Source: a virus (Duplodnaviria; Caudoviricetes). Taken from it: DNA of 64,000 bases. Positions within the stretch are counted from its first letter, which is position 1. Every line of letters begins with the position of its first letter. The notes under the pieces are model-generated. The model had not been told where the DNA came from, made no database searches, and worked only from the letters and a program-made list of their open reading frames with translations. The stretch lies in IMG/VR virus record IMGVR_UViG_3300013426_000014, positions 64,001-128,000 of that record. One strand, written 5' to 3'. This document shows, piece by piece, positions 22,460 through 33,369 of the stretch. Position numbers and translations under genes: made by a program.

Positions 22460-22497
22460 AAACGTATCGTTCAATTATATATAGTATTTACTTAACA

Positions 22498-22534
22498 ATA
22501 TAAAAGCAGGACACAAAACGTCCTGCTTTTATAT
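22498..22534. terminator. Intrinsic terminator
   Basis: 15-bp inverted repeat atataaaagcaggac/gtcctgcttttatat. Confidence 0.7.
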
Positions 22535-22551
22535 CACAACGCGGTCAAATG

Positions 22552-22965
22552 CTATTTCTTACGATTGAAACGCACGACCCACCTGACAAACAAAACAGCG
22601 AGAGCAACGAACACGACGCCGAACGTGATCCATCCACCCGTCGACGTTATGAGATCCCTGCCGTTCAAGAAATGCATGGCGTATCCGGCTATCGCGCACA
22701 CGTGCACGAACAGCCCGCCGGCGACAGTCGCGCCGAAATCTCACCAATCCCACTTGCTGTCGATGAAATACTCCTTGATGAACGCGGCTAACGCCGTGAC
22801 GAAATACCCGCCCGCGGCCGCGACGAAAACATCCCGCCATGTTATGTCAACCGGGCCGGTGATCATCGACAGCGCGAACATCGCGGTGAACGCGGCGAAT
22901 ATGACACCGCCTATCCCGAAATGCGCGATCCGGTCAAGCCCTATCTTTTTCACAAGTTCTTCCAT
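22552..22965 (-). CDS. Small multi-pass membrane protein
   Basis: DRIAHF..KEYFID.KWDW(TGA)DFGATVAGG; about four hydrophobic segments; TAG stop. Confidence 0.65.
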
Positions 22966-22981
22966 TATATCTGGTTATATT

Positions 22982-23536
22982 TTATTTCTCCATCTCGTAA
23001 GTGACGTCATACCTGGTGTAACGCATCCGAAAGTCGACCGTTTTGAAGTCCGCGGCCTGCGCGGCGAACGAAAGCGGAAGTCCGGTCAACCCCTCTGGAA
23101 TGACGTTCCTGAACTCGAACGTCACCATACCGAACCCCTTCTGATTAAGAAAGGTAAGCGTGAGCGGATCCATAAATACAGGCTTGTGAGCCGACCCGTA
23201 CTTAAGGTACCAGTCAATCTGGTCGAACAGAATCCAGTACGTCATATAACTCTCTGTCAGTTTGAGACGGACACTCAGTGTCTTCGTGAGCTCCGGTCCG
23301 AGCTCACGGCCCGCCGGATACGCCGTCTCGTACTGACCCTGCTGCTGCGTCTCGCCCGACAGAGAGATGTCAGGAAAGTCAACCGACTGTACCTGACTGT
23401 TCATGAAGTCGCACACCGTACTGAACGGCAGTTTCATTCGCCGGACAAAAGGTTCTCACCGGTCACAGACCTCCTTATAGAAAAAAGTCTGCGGGAACCG
23501 GAATGTGAACATCTGCGGAAGGTTGCGTAATATCAT
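22982..23536 (-). CDS. Tail tube-family / tail completion protein (gp3-like)
   Basis: Extended upstream across one TGA to ATG 23536; QSVDFPDISL..LSVRLKL.ESYMTY..LTLTFLN pattern. Confidence 0.5.
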
Positions 23537-23553
23537 AAACCAATCCGTTATCT

Positions 23554-23901
23554 TTACAGGCGAAGGCCGAGCTTGCCGCCGACCGCGGCGTTGACAAGCT
23601 TCGAAGTCAAAAGGTCATACAGTACACCCCGCTCGACGCCAAGCGCGCCGCACACCGCCTTCATTATGGCGGGCATGATGGTCGCGCCGAGCCCTGCGCC
23701 AATCAGACCGCTCAGCACGCCTTCGTCGACGACAGCGTCAAGCGGCCGGTCGGTCTCTATGGCGGTGTCTATCGACTCAAGAAGATATGTATACAGTCTT
23801 TTCGAATTCTCAAGCTCCGTCCTGGTCGAGCCGGACGTGTCAACACCTTCGAACAACGTGTCTGCGTCCGTATTAGTCCTTAACGAGTTCTTTCTCATCA
23901 T
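23554..23901 (-). CDS. Hypothetical virion-associated protein
   Basis: 115 aa with Gly/Ala-rich C-terminus and LFEG/LLES/VDEG motifs. Confidence 0.55.
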   Translation of the reverse strand: MMRKNSLRTNTDADTLFEGVDTSGSTRTELENSKRLYTYLLESIDTAIETDRPLDAVVDEGVLSGLIGAGLGATIMPAIMKAVCGALGVERGVLYDLLTSKLVNAAVGGKLGLRL

Positions 23902-25684
23902 TTATTCCGTATTCTTGCTTATGCGTGACGGGTCGTATCCTGTCCGGCGACACCTTCTTTATCCTCGCTGTCTTCGAATCAAGGATATACACAGCGGTTA
24001 CAACACCTGACGCGTCCCTGACTATCTTCGTCACCACGCCGTCATATTTAATATCCGGATCATTAAGTCCCGTCGCGTGGACCTTTGTCCCGACATGAAT
24101 ATAGGATGCATTCGACGGGTCATTCTTCTTCTGCTGCAGATCATCCGTGACCGGAAGCAGCTCGTACTGATACCCCATCATGTTCAACGTCCCTACCGCG
24201 CCGTTACCGGTATTCATGACGGACGGATAACCGTAATTCTCATTTGTTGCAGTCTTTCGATCTCTCGTCACCGGAGGGGTGGACGGATCATTCTTTATTT
24301 CATCATAAAAAATCTCATTCATGAAATCGTCATACGCCTCCGACGCGATCGCGGCGGCTTTCTTCGCCGCGTTTACGGCCAATTTATACCGTCTTTTAAG
24401 TGACGTCTTAAATTTTCTCGTAAAATCATTATCAGCAAATCCGTCATTACCGAATATGTAGTCTATCGGAAAAGATCTGCCGGCCGACAGTTTTTTCCCG
24501 CCGTTGGGATTTAACGGATCTGGAACATATACGGCGTTTTTATAAGTATATACGATTTCACTCTTGTCGATCCACCCCATATCCCCGATATTCAAAAGAC
24601 GGGGCAAATCATCTAATTTATACTTTCGCGGAAATTTCAGTCATATCATATACGGTCTGTTCCGCCTAAGCGTTTCAGATATCATTTTTCCCTTATCCTT
24701 CATCGTTTTATACACCGCGTGATGGAGCTTGTTTGAAATCCGTTGTTCATCACCATAAATCCTGTCAAGCGAATCATACACATGCCGGTATAAACTATTC
24801 AAATACGCTTTTACTTCGGTGACATTCGTCATATAAACAAAATCGGTGAAACTTCTCTGGCACAATGTCCGTTTGTTCATGTCAAAATCCGAACGAGTGT
24901 CAATCACACAATACATACCGTCCAATTGTAACACGGGACCTGTATCACGGAAAAAACCTTTTTTCATCCGCATGGCTGCTGTATTCGCCAATTGATTATC
25001 ATATACATGCATAAGTTCATGCATGAACGTCTGTTTTGATATATTCATCGGAACGCCGGGACAAACCAACCGCTCAATTGTTTTTGATGCAAAGTCAAAG
25101 CAAAAATCACTTAAGAACAAGGTCAGCTGCTGCTGAATATCATCGGCATTCTTAAGTTCGAGAGAACTCTGCGAAATCGCGCCATCCGCGGCCGCGGCAT
25201 GAGTGGAGGTATATCTTCTCGCAACATCCGCGACGCGCATGACATCGCTGTCTGACAAACCGGGTGAAAATTTCAACGGAATGACAAGCAATGGGTCGGG
25301 GAAAAAGCCAGACATAAACGTCTCGCCGTGCATTGTCTTTTCAAATTCCGGGCAGTCAATGTCGATAAACGGATCATACACGTTTATTTCATCCGGCACG
25401 GATTTATCCAATTTTGAATTGTTGCACAATCAGCGAAGATCACACAAAAAATGGTTCGCGTCAGCGATTGACATAACAGATCGATTTCCAGAATTCAAAA
25501 TAGCGAGAACTTTCCCGTCAAAAGCAGCAGGATTAAGTTCAAACCGTTTTTTTATGGCATCGCCGACGCAATCGACAAGCAAGTCAAACAATTCATTGAT
25601 CTGGTCATTAACAACTGAACCAAAATGATGATTAGATTCCGTAAGTAATATTTTATGATGTCGCATTATATTCATATCTGACAT
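23873..25684 (-). CDS. Putative zincin metallopeptidase (HExxH) with an extra C-terminal domain
   Basis: Three fragments join across TGA 25430 and 24641; MHELMHVY and TEVKAY. Confidence 0.6.
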
Positions 25685-26974
25685 TTATACAAATGACATA
25701 ACCTTCATCTCCATTGGATAGTCATTCGGATTATACAAAATGACGGACGGTATCAGATTCCTGACATAATCGCCGTCCGCCGCGGCGACGTCAACGAATA
25801 AAGGTCCAATCGGTATTCACATGTCGTTGTCGTTCACATATGTCGCGTAACCATACATGCCCATCACCTTTTTTGATACATCTTTACGGTCAACGCGCAC
25901 CGCCACCTCTGCCGGCGATGATTCGGTTGTGTTCACCGCGGCGTACCATTCATCATCCACCGGATCTGGTCTCATCGGGTCATCTCACTCGTCGTCCGCC
26001 GGTTTTTCGGGCATAGTGTCATGTCACCCGTCGGCTGGATCAAAGGTCCCGTCATCCGGGACGCAATACGAGCAAACCGGCTCATCCGGGAAGCGTCACT
26101 TCATCGCGGTGAACTCTTCCTTTGTCCTTCAGTCGATGTCGACATCAGTAATCTCCCGCCTGAAAATGTCCGGGACGTTCGCGGTCAACTCCTCATATGT
26201 GAACACCCTGTCCTTCACGAACGCGAGTTTGACGGATCTGTCGACTGCAGAAATCGACGAATCGTTATACTTCGGGTAGACTGGCTTTATGACGAGCCCG
26301 CGGAACGCGCCGTTTTTATACTTGACCGCCGGGACGTAAACACCGTCCATCTCTGTCAGTAACGCGCGGCATCGCTCGCCGGGAACGACGGTCCCGTCCT
26401 CTATGTACGCGTCGTCGGAAAGCGCGAAATTCACGCCGTCGACATAATACTCGAAACCGTTGTCATTACCGACGAACATTATATAGTCGTCGACGAAATA
26501 CACGGTCACCGGCACGCACGCGGCGGTCAGTGCGGCATTGACGGACTTCTCTATGTCGTTGGGGTATCCAGCCGACACGGAAAGCGGGACGATACAGACC
26601 CTGCCGTTCCTCCTGTACTTAACGGTGAACCTGACCTTCGCGTCATATTTCCAGTCCTTCTCGCTGGTCGCGCACTCTGGTATGCGTCCGAAACCGCGGG
26701 TCATTCTCGACTCGCCGGACGTCACGCCGCGGATCACCGTGACGGAGTTCGGCTGCAACACCGTCGATGAGCTGTCGAACGATGTCACCGGCACATTGAG
26801 ATCAGAAAGGTCAACGACGGTCGTGTTCCCGTCAGGATCTGTTATGGTGAGCTTGTCGTCGTCAACGGTGAAACTGCCGTCGCTTGACGACGACGCGCCG
26901 GGGCAGGTTATGCCGGCATATATGTACTGCTTCGCAGGATTGTCGTAATATCTTTTGAACAGGTCGGTTGCCAT
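25685..26974 (-). CDS. Hypothetical structural protein
   Basis: Open across five TGA to a TAA abutting the next ATG; late promoter upstream. Confidence 0.65.
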
Positions 26975-27015
26975 GTCGAAAACTGTTTTATTTTCAGCGC
27001 CGCGGGGGGCTGTAG

Positions 27016-27023
27016 TATTTATC
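27016..27023 (-). promoter_or_regulatory. Late promoter GATAAATA
   Basis: 42 nt upstream of ATG 26974. Confidence 0.6.
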
Positions 27024-27060
27024 GGAAAAAATTAGCGTCATGACTGAAAAATTTTTCCGG

Positions 27061-27312
27061 TTTCGCATATAATTTGTGTAAGCAAATTTCAGTCAGGGAT
27101 AGATATTTATTTAATTATTAAATATTTAAGTTTTATCAGGTATAAATTTTTTACAAAATTCTATACCTGATTTTATTTTATACCTGTCCGAATATCATAT
27201 TATCAGATTACACTGTTCTAAATTATAGTTGATTGTTCTTTTTTACCAAGAAAAAATAATTTTTCAATTTTCGCATATAATTTGTGTAAGCAATTTTCGG
27301 TCGGGGATAGAT
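27061..27312. repeat. Two 44-bp direct repeats and a hairpin in an AT-rich intergenic region
   Basis: tttcgcatataatttgtgtaagcaa..gggatagat at 27061-27104 and 27269-27312 (3 mismatches); inverted repeat atcaggtata/tatacctgat at 27135-27171. Confidence 0.85.
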
Positions 27313-27452
27313 TAATTTAATTTATAATCTATATTAGATCTAAAAAATTTATACTTCCGGAATTTTAAGACTTTAACGGGCGCGTTTGGTGTATTAGTGT
27401 ACTAAGGCACTGTATCCCTGAATCCGGATATTCGCCGCCATGGTTTCATGCC

Positions 27453-27460
27453 GATAAATA
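27453..27460 (+). promoter_or_regulatory. Late promoter GATAAATA
   Basis: 24 nt upstream of ATG 27484. Confidence 0.6.
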
Positions 27461-27483
27461 CACAAAGATTCCGTCATGGATTC

Positions 27484-28230
27484 ATGCTGTCATTTTTCAA
27501 CATATTAGGTAAGATTTACGGCTGGATCAAATCACATCCGAAAGAAACCGTCATTGTTGTCCTTTTCTTGTTTCTTGCATGTTCTGTTATCAACAACGAG
27601 ACCATGCGGCGCCGATACGAGAGATCGATAACGAATATATCCGACACGATCTCTGTATACAGGACGAGAAACGGCGAGCTCCGCAAATCAGTGGAGTCTT
27701 ATGTCGTATCGCTCACCGAGCTGAAGAAATTGAACGCGGACCTTTACGACGAGGTCCGGAACCTCAATGCGAAGCCGCTCGTCGTGACCAAAACCGAATA
27801 TGTTACCGAAATCGACACGTTGTATATAAAATCCGATTCGGTCAGGGTGGTCGACGGGACGGCGGAGTTCCGGTGGTCGCATTCAGACAGCTGAACTAGC
27901 ATATCCGGCGTGTCGGCATGGAATCCGGAGGATTCATCTGGTCTGACAAGGATCGACCGTCTGTCGACACGGATACCGGTGACGCTGAGCGTTGTCGAGA
28001 ACAAGGACGGGGGACTCGACATCGTAACAGGATCCGATTGCCCGTATGCCGACGTCACGGCGATATCGGGAGCTGTTGTGTCGCCGGAGAAGATAAAGGC
28101 GGTGTCGGCAAGGAGATCGAAATGAGGTATATCATTGACCGCTGGTTACGGCGCCGCGGCCGTGAACGGTCAGGTAAGGCTCGCGCCTTACGCAGGGATC
28201 GGCATTTCTTATAATCTGATAACATTCTAA
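27484..28230 (+). CDS. Bacteroidota-phage-type membrane protein, possibly spanin-like
   Basis: N-terminal TM helix, coiled coil, IDTLYI, and C-terminal beta hairpin K(TGA)GISLTAGYG..PYAGIGISYNLITF. Confidence 0.6.
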
Positions 28231-28236
28231 TACGTT

Positions 28237-30000
28237 ATGAAGGATATTTCAAGGTTCGTCCAGATATCGGATGTTTGCCTGCTTGAGTACAGGATAAACA
28301 AGGAATACGACAACGTCTACTCGCCGGACGAGGAGGGTATGCTCCGGCCGGCGGACGGGTCGAGAGTGTTCACTTTGCCGGATGACTCCGTCTTGTTCGC
28401 GGACGCGAGATACGCACCCAACACCGCGTTGCCGACGGATAAATCGGGCAAGGAATGATGCAACCCGCTCGATGGGACGTCGCCGTCGCTTTCCGACTTC
28501 ACAGATTCATACTCGTCGATATTCGACCCGCTGCCGTCGGCCGACATCCCGTCGGAGTCGGTGCCCGCTGACAGGATAAGGATATATGTCGTCAACGGAT
28601 ACTCTTTCTCCAATACGTACGGCTTCTGGATCAAGGCGTGGCTCGACAGGGAGACGAAGGATCAGGATAACGCCGCGACGAGATCAGATGCGGTACTTCT
28701 GTCGTGAACATACAACAGGGCGAACGCAAAGTGGAAATACGTGACGCGGCCGTTGTTCTTCAGTAACCGCGTGTACGACAAGTACATCGAGCTCGAGTTC
28801 CCGTCCGCACAGTTCCTGACACATTCGAACTCGTCCGCGCTGGCGGCGGCGCTCGGCGTCAAGGAAGGAGCCGGGTCGCTCAGGCTGGCGTACGCCGACC
28901 TGTATCAGGACGTGTACACCGAACATTCAGACGTCATGACAGGCGGGTTCGCGGCGTTGTCCGGGAAGGCGGCGCCGAAGGCGCGGACCGGTGAGTTCGG
29001 GACAGGCAACGCCGTGTCGACTTCGCTTCCACTCGCCGCTAACACCGACCGGTTCAACCTGTATATCGGTGAGAGCCCGAAAGGCGGCTACATCGAGTAT
29101 TACGGCACATGGGACGGGAAGGCGCTGACACCGGCGGTCGTGAACAGATTCAATGTCACAATACCACTTTACACTCCATCTAAGTCCGCCTATGACGCGG
29201 CGAAGGCGTCAGCAGGGCTCGATGAGTGGCAGACGTGGTACGTGCAACACGGTCTGAAGGTGACGCTTGTTAACCAGGACGGCGAGAACGTCGTGCTGGA
29301 CAATATTGTCAACACTCAGTATTTCGGCGACGGAAGCCCGACCCGGTTCTTCTATAGGCCGATACCGTCCAGGCTGACTGAGTCCGGCATAAAGCTGTCG
29401 GACGACTGGATCATGACCGTCGAATACGAGTGCTCGCTCGTCAATGTCGTCGACGGGTCGAAGGTGACGAGGACCGGATCGATGTCCACCGACCTTTCGA
29501 AATACATGTCTGACACAGGGTCGGATCTTGGATTTTCCGACACGTTCACATACAAGATATTCAACAGGATCAATAACGTGAAGCAGGAGCTGACGACCGC
29601 CGGGAACGGCCCGTCCGTCAAGTACACGAAGGTTTTTTACGACAGCACGACCGTCAACCTGTCGGGAAACACCGGCCTGTACACGATGACGCTGGCGAAC
29701 AGCCCGAAGAACTACAAGTTCACGTTCACGCAGGATGATTCCGACGGCGCGACCAAATACATGAACTTCACAGGGTCGTATTATAAGTTGTACTCCCGCG
29801 ATAAGGACGGAAAGGACATATATATCGACGCGACGTACAGCGACAACATGAACACGATAATGGGAGAGCTCGAGTTTTATATACCGCAAACAATGATAAA
29901 GCGGCTTAAGGCAGTGCCGGTTGAGAACAGGTTTATGGATATCGTCGTCGTCAATCAGGACAACACCATATCGACGCTGTACGAGTTCACGTACAGTTAG
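28237..30000 (+). CDS. Hypothetical structural protein (587 aa)
   Basis: Open across two TGA; beta-rich; TAG stop. Confidence 0.65.
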
Positions 30001-30081
30001 TGGAATGGAATGATGAATTCGGCAATATAATTTACAGGGTGTCGCGTGAGCGCCGCCCTGTTAAATTTTAACAGTTTCCAT

Positions 30082-31062
30082 ATGGACAAGAACAAGGAGG
30101 AAATCCTTTCCAATTATGTGAATTCCGTCGAGGAGCCGGCCACTCCGACGACGCGGGAGACGCGGGGAAAGGTTCTCAACCCCGCCGGCATACCGGAGCG
30201 GTTCCGCGGCGGGAACGCCCCCGCCGGAGCGCGTGAGCAAGCAGATCAGCCAAAGGACCACCTCGGTTGGCAGAAGGTCCCTGTCGACACCCTGCCGACT
30301 GGCGGTCTGTATTACCCGGAGGGGACGGAGCTATTCATCAGGGCCGCGCAAGGCAAGGAGATAAAGCACTGGTCGACGCTTGACGATTCTGACCTGTCGA
30401 GCATGGACGACATGCTCAACTACATCGTCGAGAGGTGCGCGCGGCTCAGGATACCGGGCACGCAGTATGGCGGCGGCAGCTGGAAGGACATCAAGGATAT
30501 CGACCGGTTCTATATACTTCTGTCGATCCGCGAGCTAACTTTCCCTGACGCGGCGGATGAGCTTAAGATATCGGTGAAGGAAAACGTCGATATCCCGGTC
30601 AAGAAGGAGATGATCGATTTCATCCAGATCCCACAGGAGATCATGAAATACTATTCGCCGGAAGAACGGTGCTTCGTGCTCCGTCTTAAGACCGGCCGCG
30701 AGATCAGGATGTACATCCCGTCCATCGGCATCAACGAGTGGATCAAGCGTTACGCGATTTCAAAAAGCCAGATGCGGGCAGGATATGACCAGGATTATCT
30801 GGTTTTCGCACCGATGCTGCTTGGTGATTACAGGAAATTGTCTGAAAGGGCGTATAATGAGGCGGTGCTTGAGTCTGAATCGTGGACCGGCAAGGAATGG
30901 TCGCTTGTGTCGTACGTCCGCGACCTTATCGCCGCCGCCGTCGACCCTAAGCTTAAGTATATCGATCAGGACGGTCAGGAGCAGACCACCCCGCTCAACA
31001 TCCCGGGAGGGGTGAAAAGCTTGTTTCGAAGCGTTTCAGATCCCCTATCAATACTTGAGTAA
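30082..31062 (+). CDS. Baseplate hub assembly protein (T4 gp26-like)
   Basis: LPTGGLYYP, IRAAQGKEI and DRFYILLSIRELTF motifs. Confidence 0.65.
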   Translation: MDKNKEEILSNYVNSVEEPATPTTRETRGKVLNPAGIPERFRGGNAPAGAREQADQPKDHLGWQKVPVDTLPTGGLYYPEGTELFIRAAQGKEIKHWSTLDDSDLSSMDDMLNYIVERCARLRIPGTQYGGGSWKDIKDIDRFYILLSIRELTFPDAADELKISVKENVDIPVKKEMIDFIQIPQEIMKYYSPEERCFVLRLKTGREIRMYIPSIGINEWIKRYAISKSQMRAGYDQDYLVFAPMLLGDYRKLSERAYNEAVLESESWTGKEWSLVSYVRDLIAAAVDPKLKYIDQDGQEQTTPLNIPGGVKSLFRSVSDPLSILE

Positions 31063-31300
31063 AATCTACTTTATCTTCGCGAAGGATCTTCATATACCGC
31101 CTTCTGAGATCGACGAGATGTACTGGTACGACGTCATGTTCATACTGAAAGAGTACACGACATATGTCGAGGAGTCGAATGAGGAGTCACAACGGCAGGA
31201 GGATGAGTACAGGTCGAAAATGCAGGAGGTACAGCAGCCGAAGGTACCGGAGTTCAAGATCCCGGATATGAGCTCGCTCGCGAAAGGATTCAAGATTTAG
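31055..31300 (+). CDS. Baseplate hub assembly chaperone (gp51-like), possibly a frameshift extension of the upstream gene
   Basis: LHIPPSEIDEMYWYD pattern; no proximal ATG; +1 frame overlapping the end of the gp26-like gene. Confidence 0.55.
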   Translation: MSKIYFIFAKDLHIPPSEIDEMYWYDVMFILKEYTTYVEESNEESQRQEDEYRSKMQEVQQPKVPEFKIPDMSSLAKGFKI

Positions 31301-31328
31301 GTTTCCGTTGTTTACGGAAACCTTTTTC
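31299..31328 (+). terminator. Intrinsic terminator
   Basis: aggtttccgt/acggaaacct stem followed by a T run. Confidence 0.7.
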
Positions 31329-31333
31329 TGTTT

Positions 31334-31341
31334 GATAAATA
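31334..31341 (+). promoter_or_regulatory. Late promoter GATAAATA
   Basis: Just after a terminator, 20 nt upstream of ATG 31361. Confidence 0.65.
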
Positions 31342-31360
31342 GGTAAAATACCGTTTTCTT

Positions 31361-31681
31361 ATGAATATAATGAATTGGTTACAAAATAAATGGAAAGACG
31401 TGTTGCTTATCCTGCTGATGGTTCTGTGGATGGGTGGATGTGTGTCGAGATGCTCCAAAAACAACGAGATACGGTCGCTTAGATCCGTCATCTTTGAACG
31501 TGACAGCGCGATCACCGCTGAGATTGTGAAGTCCGACAGCCTGTCTGACGTCATATCTGGCATGCGTCACGAGATCGATCTTCGTGATGTTGTGATAGAG
31601 CAGAAGACGCAGAACGTCAGAAGTCTGGAGGAATCGGCGAAGCGGATTGTCGTCAGGATAGACACGGCCGGACGCAGGTAG
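31361..31681 (+). CDS. Membrane-anchored coiled-coil protein
   Basis: N-terminal hydrophobic helix ending GGC, then coiled coil; late promoter upstream. Confidence 0.55.
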   Translation: MNIMNWLQNKWKDVLLILLMVLWMGGCVSRCSKNNEIRSLRSVIFERDSAITAEIVKSDSLSDVISGMRHEIDLRDVVIEQKTQNVRSLEESAKRIVVRIDTAGRR

Positions 31682-31685
31682 TCAT

Positions 31686-32522
31686 ATGGGAAAGAAAAAA
31701 TTATACATCGCGTTCATCGCCGCGTTCCTTCTGTTGTATCTGATAGTCGCGTGCATCAGTTTCGTACACAGCATATCGTTTTTCTCGATAGGAAACACCG
31801 GATGGATGTCATGCCTGCTGGGATTCAGCTTTGAGCTCGGTCAGGCGGTGGTGCTCGCGTCTATACTGCTGTCTGACAACAGGAAGTCGCTGCTCACGTG
31901 GGCTTTGTTCATAGTGCTGACCGCTGTGCAGTGCATCGGCAACGTGTATTCAGTGTATGCGTACATGTCGCAATCCGCTGTTGAATATTACAGGTATTTA
32001 CAGGAGCCGCTTTTATTCTGGCTGCAGGGTGTCGACCAGCAGACGGTCAAGGTGATAATAAGCTGGATAACGGGCGCGCTGCTGCCGGTGATAGCACTCG
32101 GCATGACCGGGATGGTCGCGTCGAATATCAGGCTTGTCCGCGGCGCCGGTGATTTACCAGCGGAGAATGACGCTGAAACCGCGGTGAATGTCGCCGATAA
32201 GCCGGTTCTGGGGATAGAACATGCGCATCCTGCCGAAAACTCAGACGCGCCGGTCAACGATACCGATGCTCCGGATTCGTCGGATGAAAATGTGGCATCA
32301 GACTTGTCAATTGACATGGATGAAGCCGCGCCCGTGAATTCTGCCGACGAGACGGTTGTCGATGATATGAAGTTTCCTGTAGAGGAAACTGCCCGCACGA
32401 CTGGCCCGACTGATGACGCGGTCAAGATAAACATGCTTGAACCTGTCATACCGGACGACGGATCATCCGGCGGGCGGACCGAACTTCGTTTCATGCCGCG
32501 GAATCTTAAACGTAAAAGGTAA
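31686..32522 (+). CDS. Multi-pass membrane protein with acidic tail
   Basis: About four TM segments, then a D/E-rich region. Confidence 0.65.
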   Translation: MGKKKLYIAFIAAFLLLYLIVACISFVHSISFFSIGNTGWMSCLLGFSFELGQAVVLASILLSDNRKSLLTWALFIVLTAVQCIGNVYSVYAYMSQSAVEYYRYLQEPLLFWLQGVDQQTVKVIISWITGALLPVIALGMTGMVASNIRLVRGAGDLPAENDAETAVNVADKPVLGIEHAHPAENSDAPVNDTDAPDSSDENVASDLSIDMDEAAPVNSADETVVDDMKFPVEETARTTGPTDDAVKINMLEPVIPDDGSSGGRTELRFMPRNLKRKR

Positions 32523-32540
32523 CATCTTGACATATAATAA

Positions 32541-32569
32541 AAAATGGACGGTTGAATACCGTCCATTTT
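32541..32569. terminator. Bidirectional intrinsic terminator
   Basis: aaaatggacggt/accgtccatttt between convergent genes. Confidence 0.75.
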
Positions 32570-32588
32570 CATATACGCGTTCTGGTTG

Positions 32589-33365
32589 CTACCCTATCAT
32601 CACCTTGTTCGACAGCACTGAGTTTATCTGAAACGGGTCCGGGTTGCTTGGCGTCACCGGATATTTCTGTGCGATTTCCGACGCGAGCAGTCTGAGAACC
32701 TTGACCAGCTCTTCGCCCAGTACGGCGTGCTGGTTGGCGCCGGCGCCCAACGTCACGGTGTTGCCGTCCAGGTTGATTGTCGACCCGTCCACGTTCACTT
32801 CGTTCGCGCCAGATATGTTGACGGATGAGTTGCCCGCTATGGTTATTTTCCCGTCCTGCATTTGTATCACGCTCGACATCCCCTGATGCGCTATTGTCAG
32901 CATAGAGTCCGGCGTTATCTGTATATAGCTTCCCTGATAGTATATCCTGAGACCGGTGTTCACCTGGAACACGACCGCGAGATCCCGTTCTGAGTCATAT
33001 GCCAACACATGCGTCCCCTGATAGTCATCTCGCACGAAATCGGCGAGATTCGGGTCGACGTTCTGAATGGCGGTGTATTCACCCGACAGTATGTCGTCAT
33101 TCGCGAATCTTACCCTGACTATCGCGCCGACTTTAGGGACAGACAGCGATCCGGATCCGATCCCGTTGCCGGCGCTGCCTGAGAATATGTTCGAACTTAT
33201 CGGCGCGAACCACGGCAGCATGTCATCCGGTATACTGTAGTTTCCCTGATCGTCCGTCGAGTCGAGCAGACCGAACACACGGACCTTACACCGTCCCGAA
33301 AAGTCCGGGTCGTCCGTGTAAACGACCCTGCCTATATAGTTTTGTTTCGACAGGTCTTTTGTCAT
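32589..33365 (-). CDS. Baseplate central spike (gp5/gpV-like)
   Basis: YIGRVVYTDDPDFSGRCKVRVFGL, LPWFAP, VPKVGAIVRVRF, then beta-helix-like repeats. Confidence 0.85.
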   Translation of the reverse strand: MTKDLSKQNYIGRVVYTDDPDFSGRCKVRVFGLLDSTDDQGNYSIPDDMLPWFAPISSNIFSGSAGNGIGSGSLSVPKVGAIVRVRFANDDILSGEYTAIQNVDPNLADFVRDDYQGTHVLAYDSERDLAVVFQVNTGLRIYYQGSYIQITPDSMLTIAHQGMSSVIQMQDGKITIAGNSSVNISGANEVNVDGSTINLDGNTVTLGAGANQHAVLGEELVKVLRLLASEIAQKYPVTPSNPDPFQINSVLSNKVMIG

Positions 33366-33369
33366 ATTG

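Noticed and set aside
22565-23530. 321-aa plus-strand ORF
   Set aside because: Antisense to two minus-strand genes that tile the region
30785-31015. Independent overlapping gene in the +1 frame of the gp26-like gene
   Set aside because: Arg/Ser-rich sequence typical of an off-frame read. Only the part after about 31025 looks protein-like.
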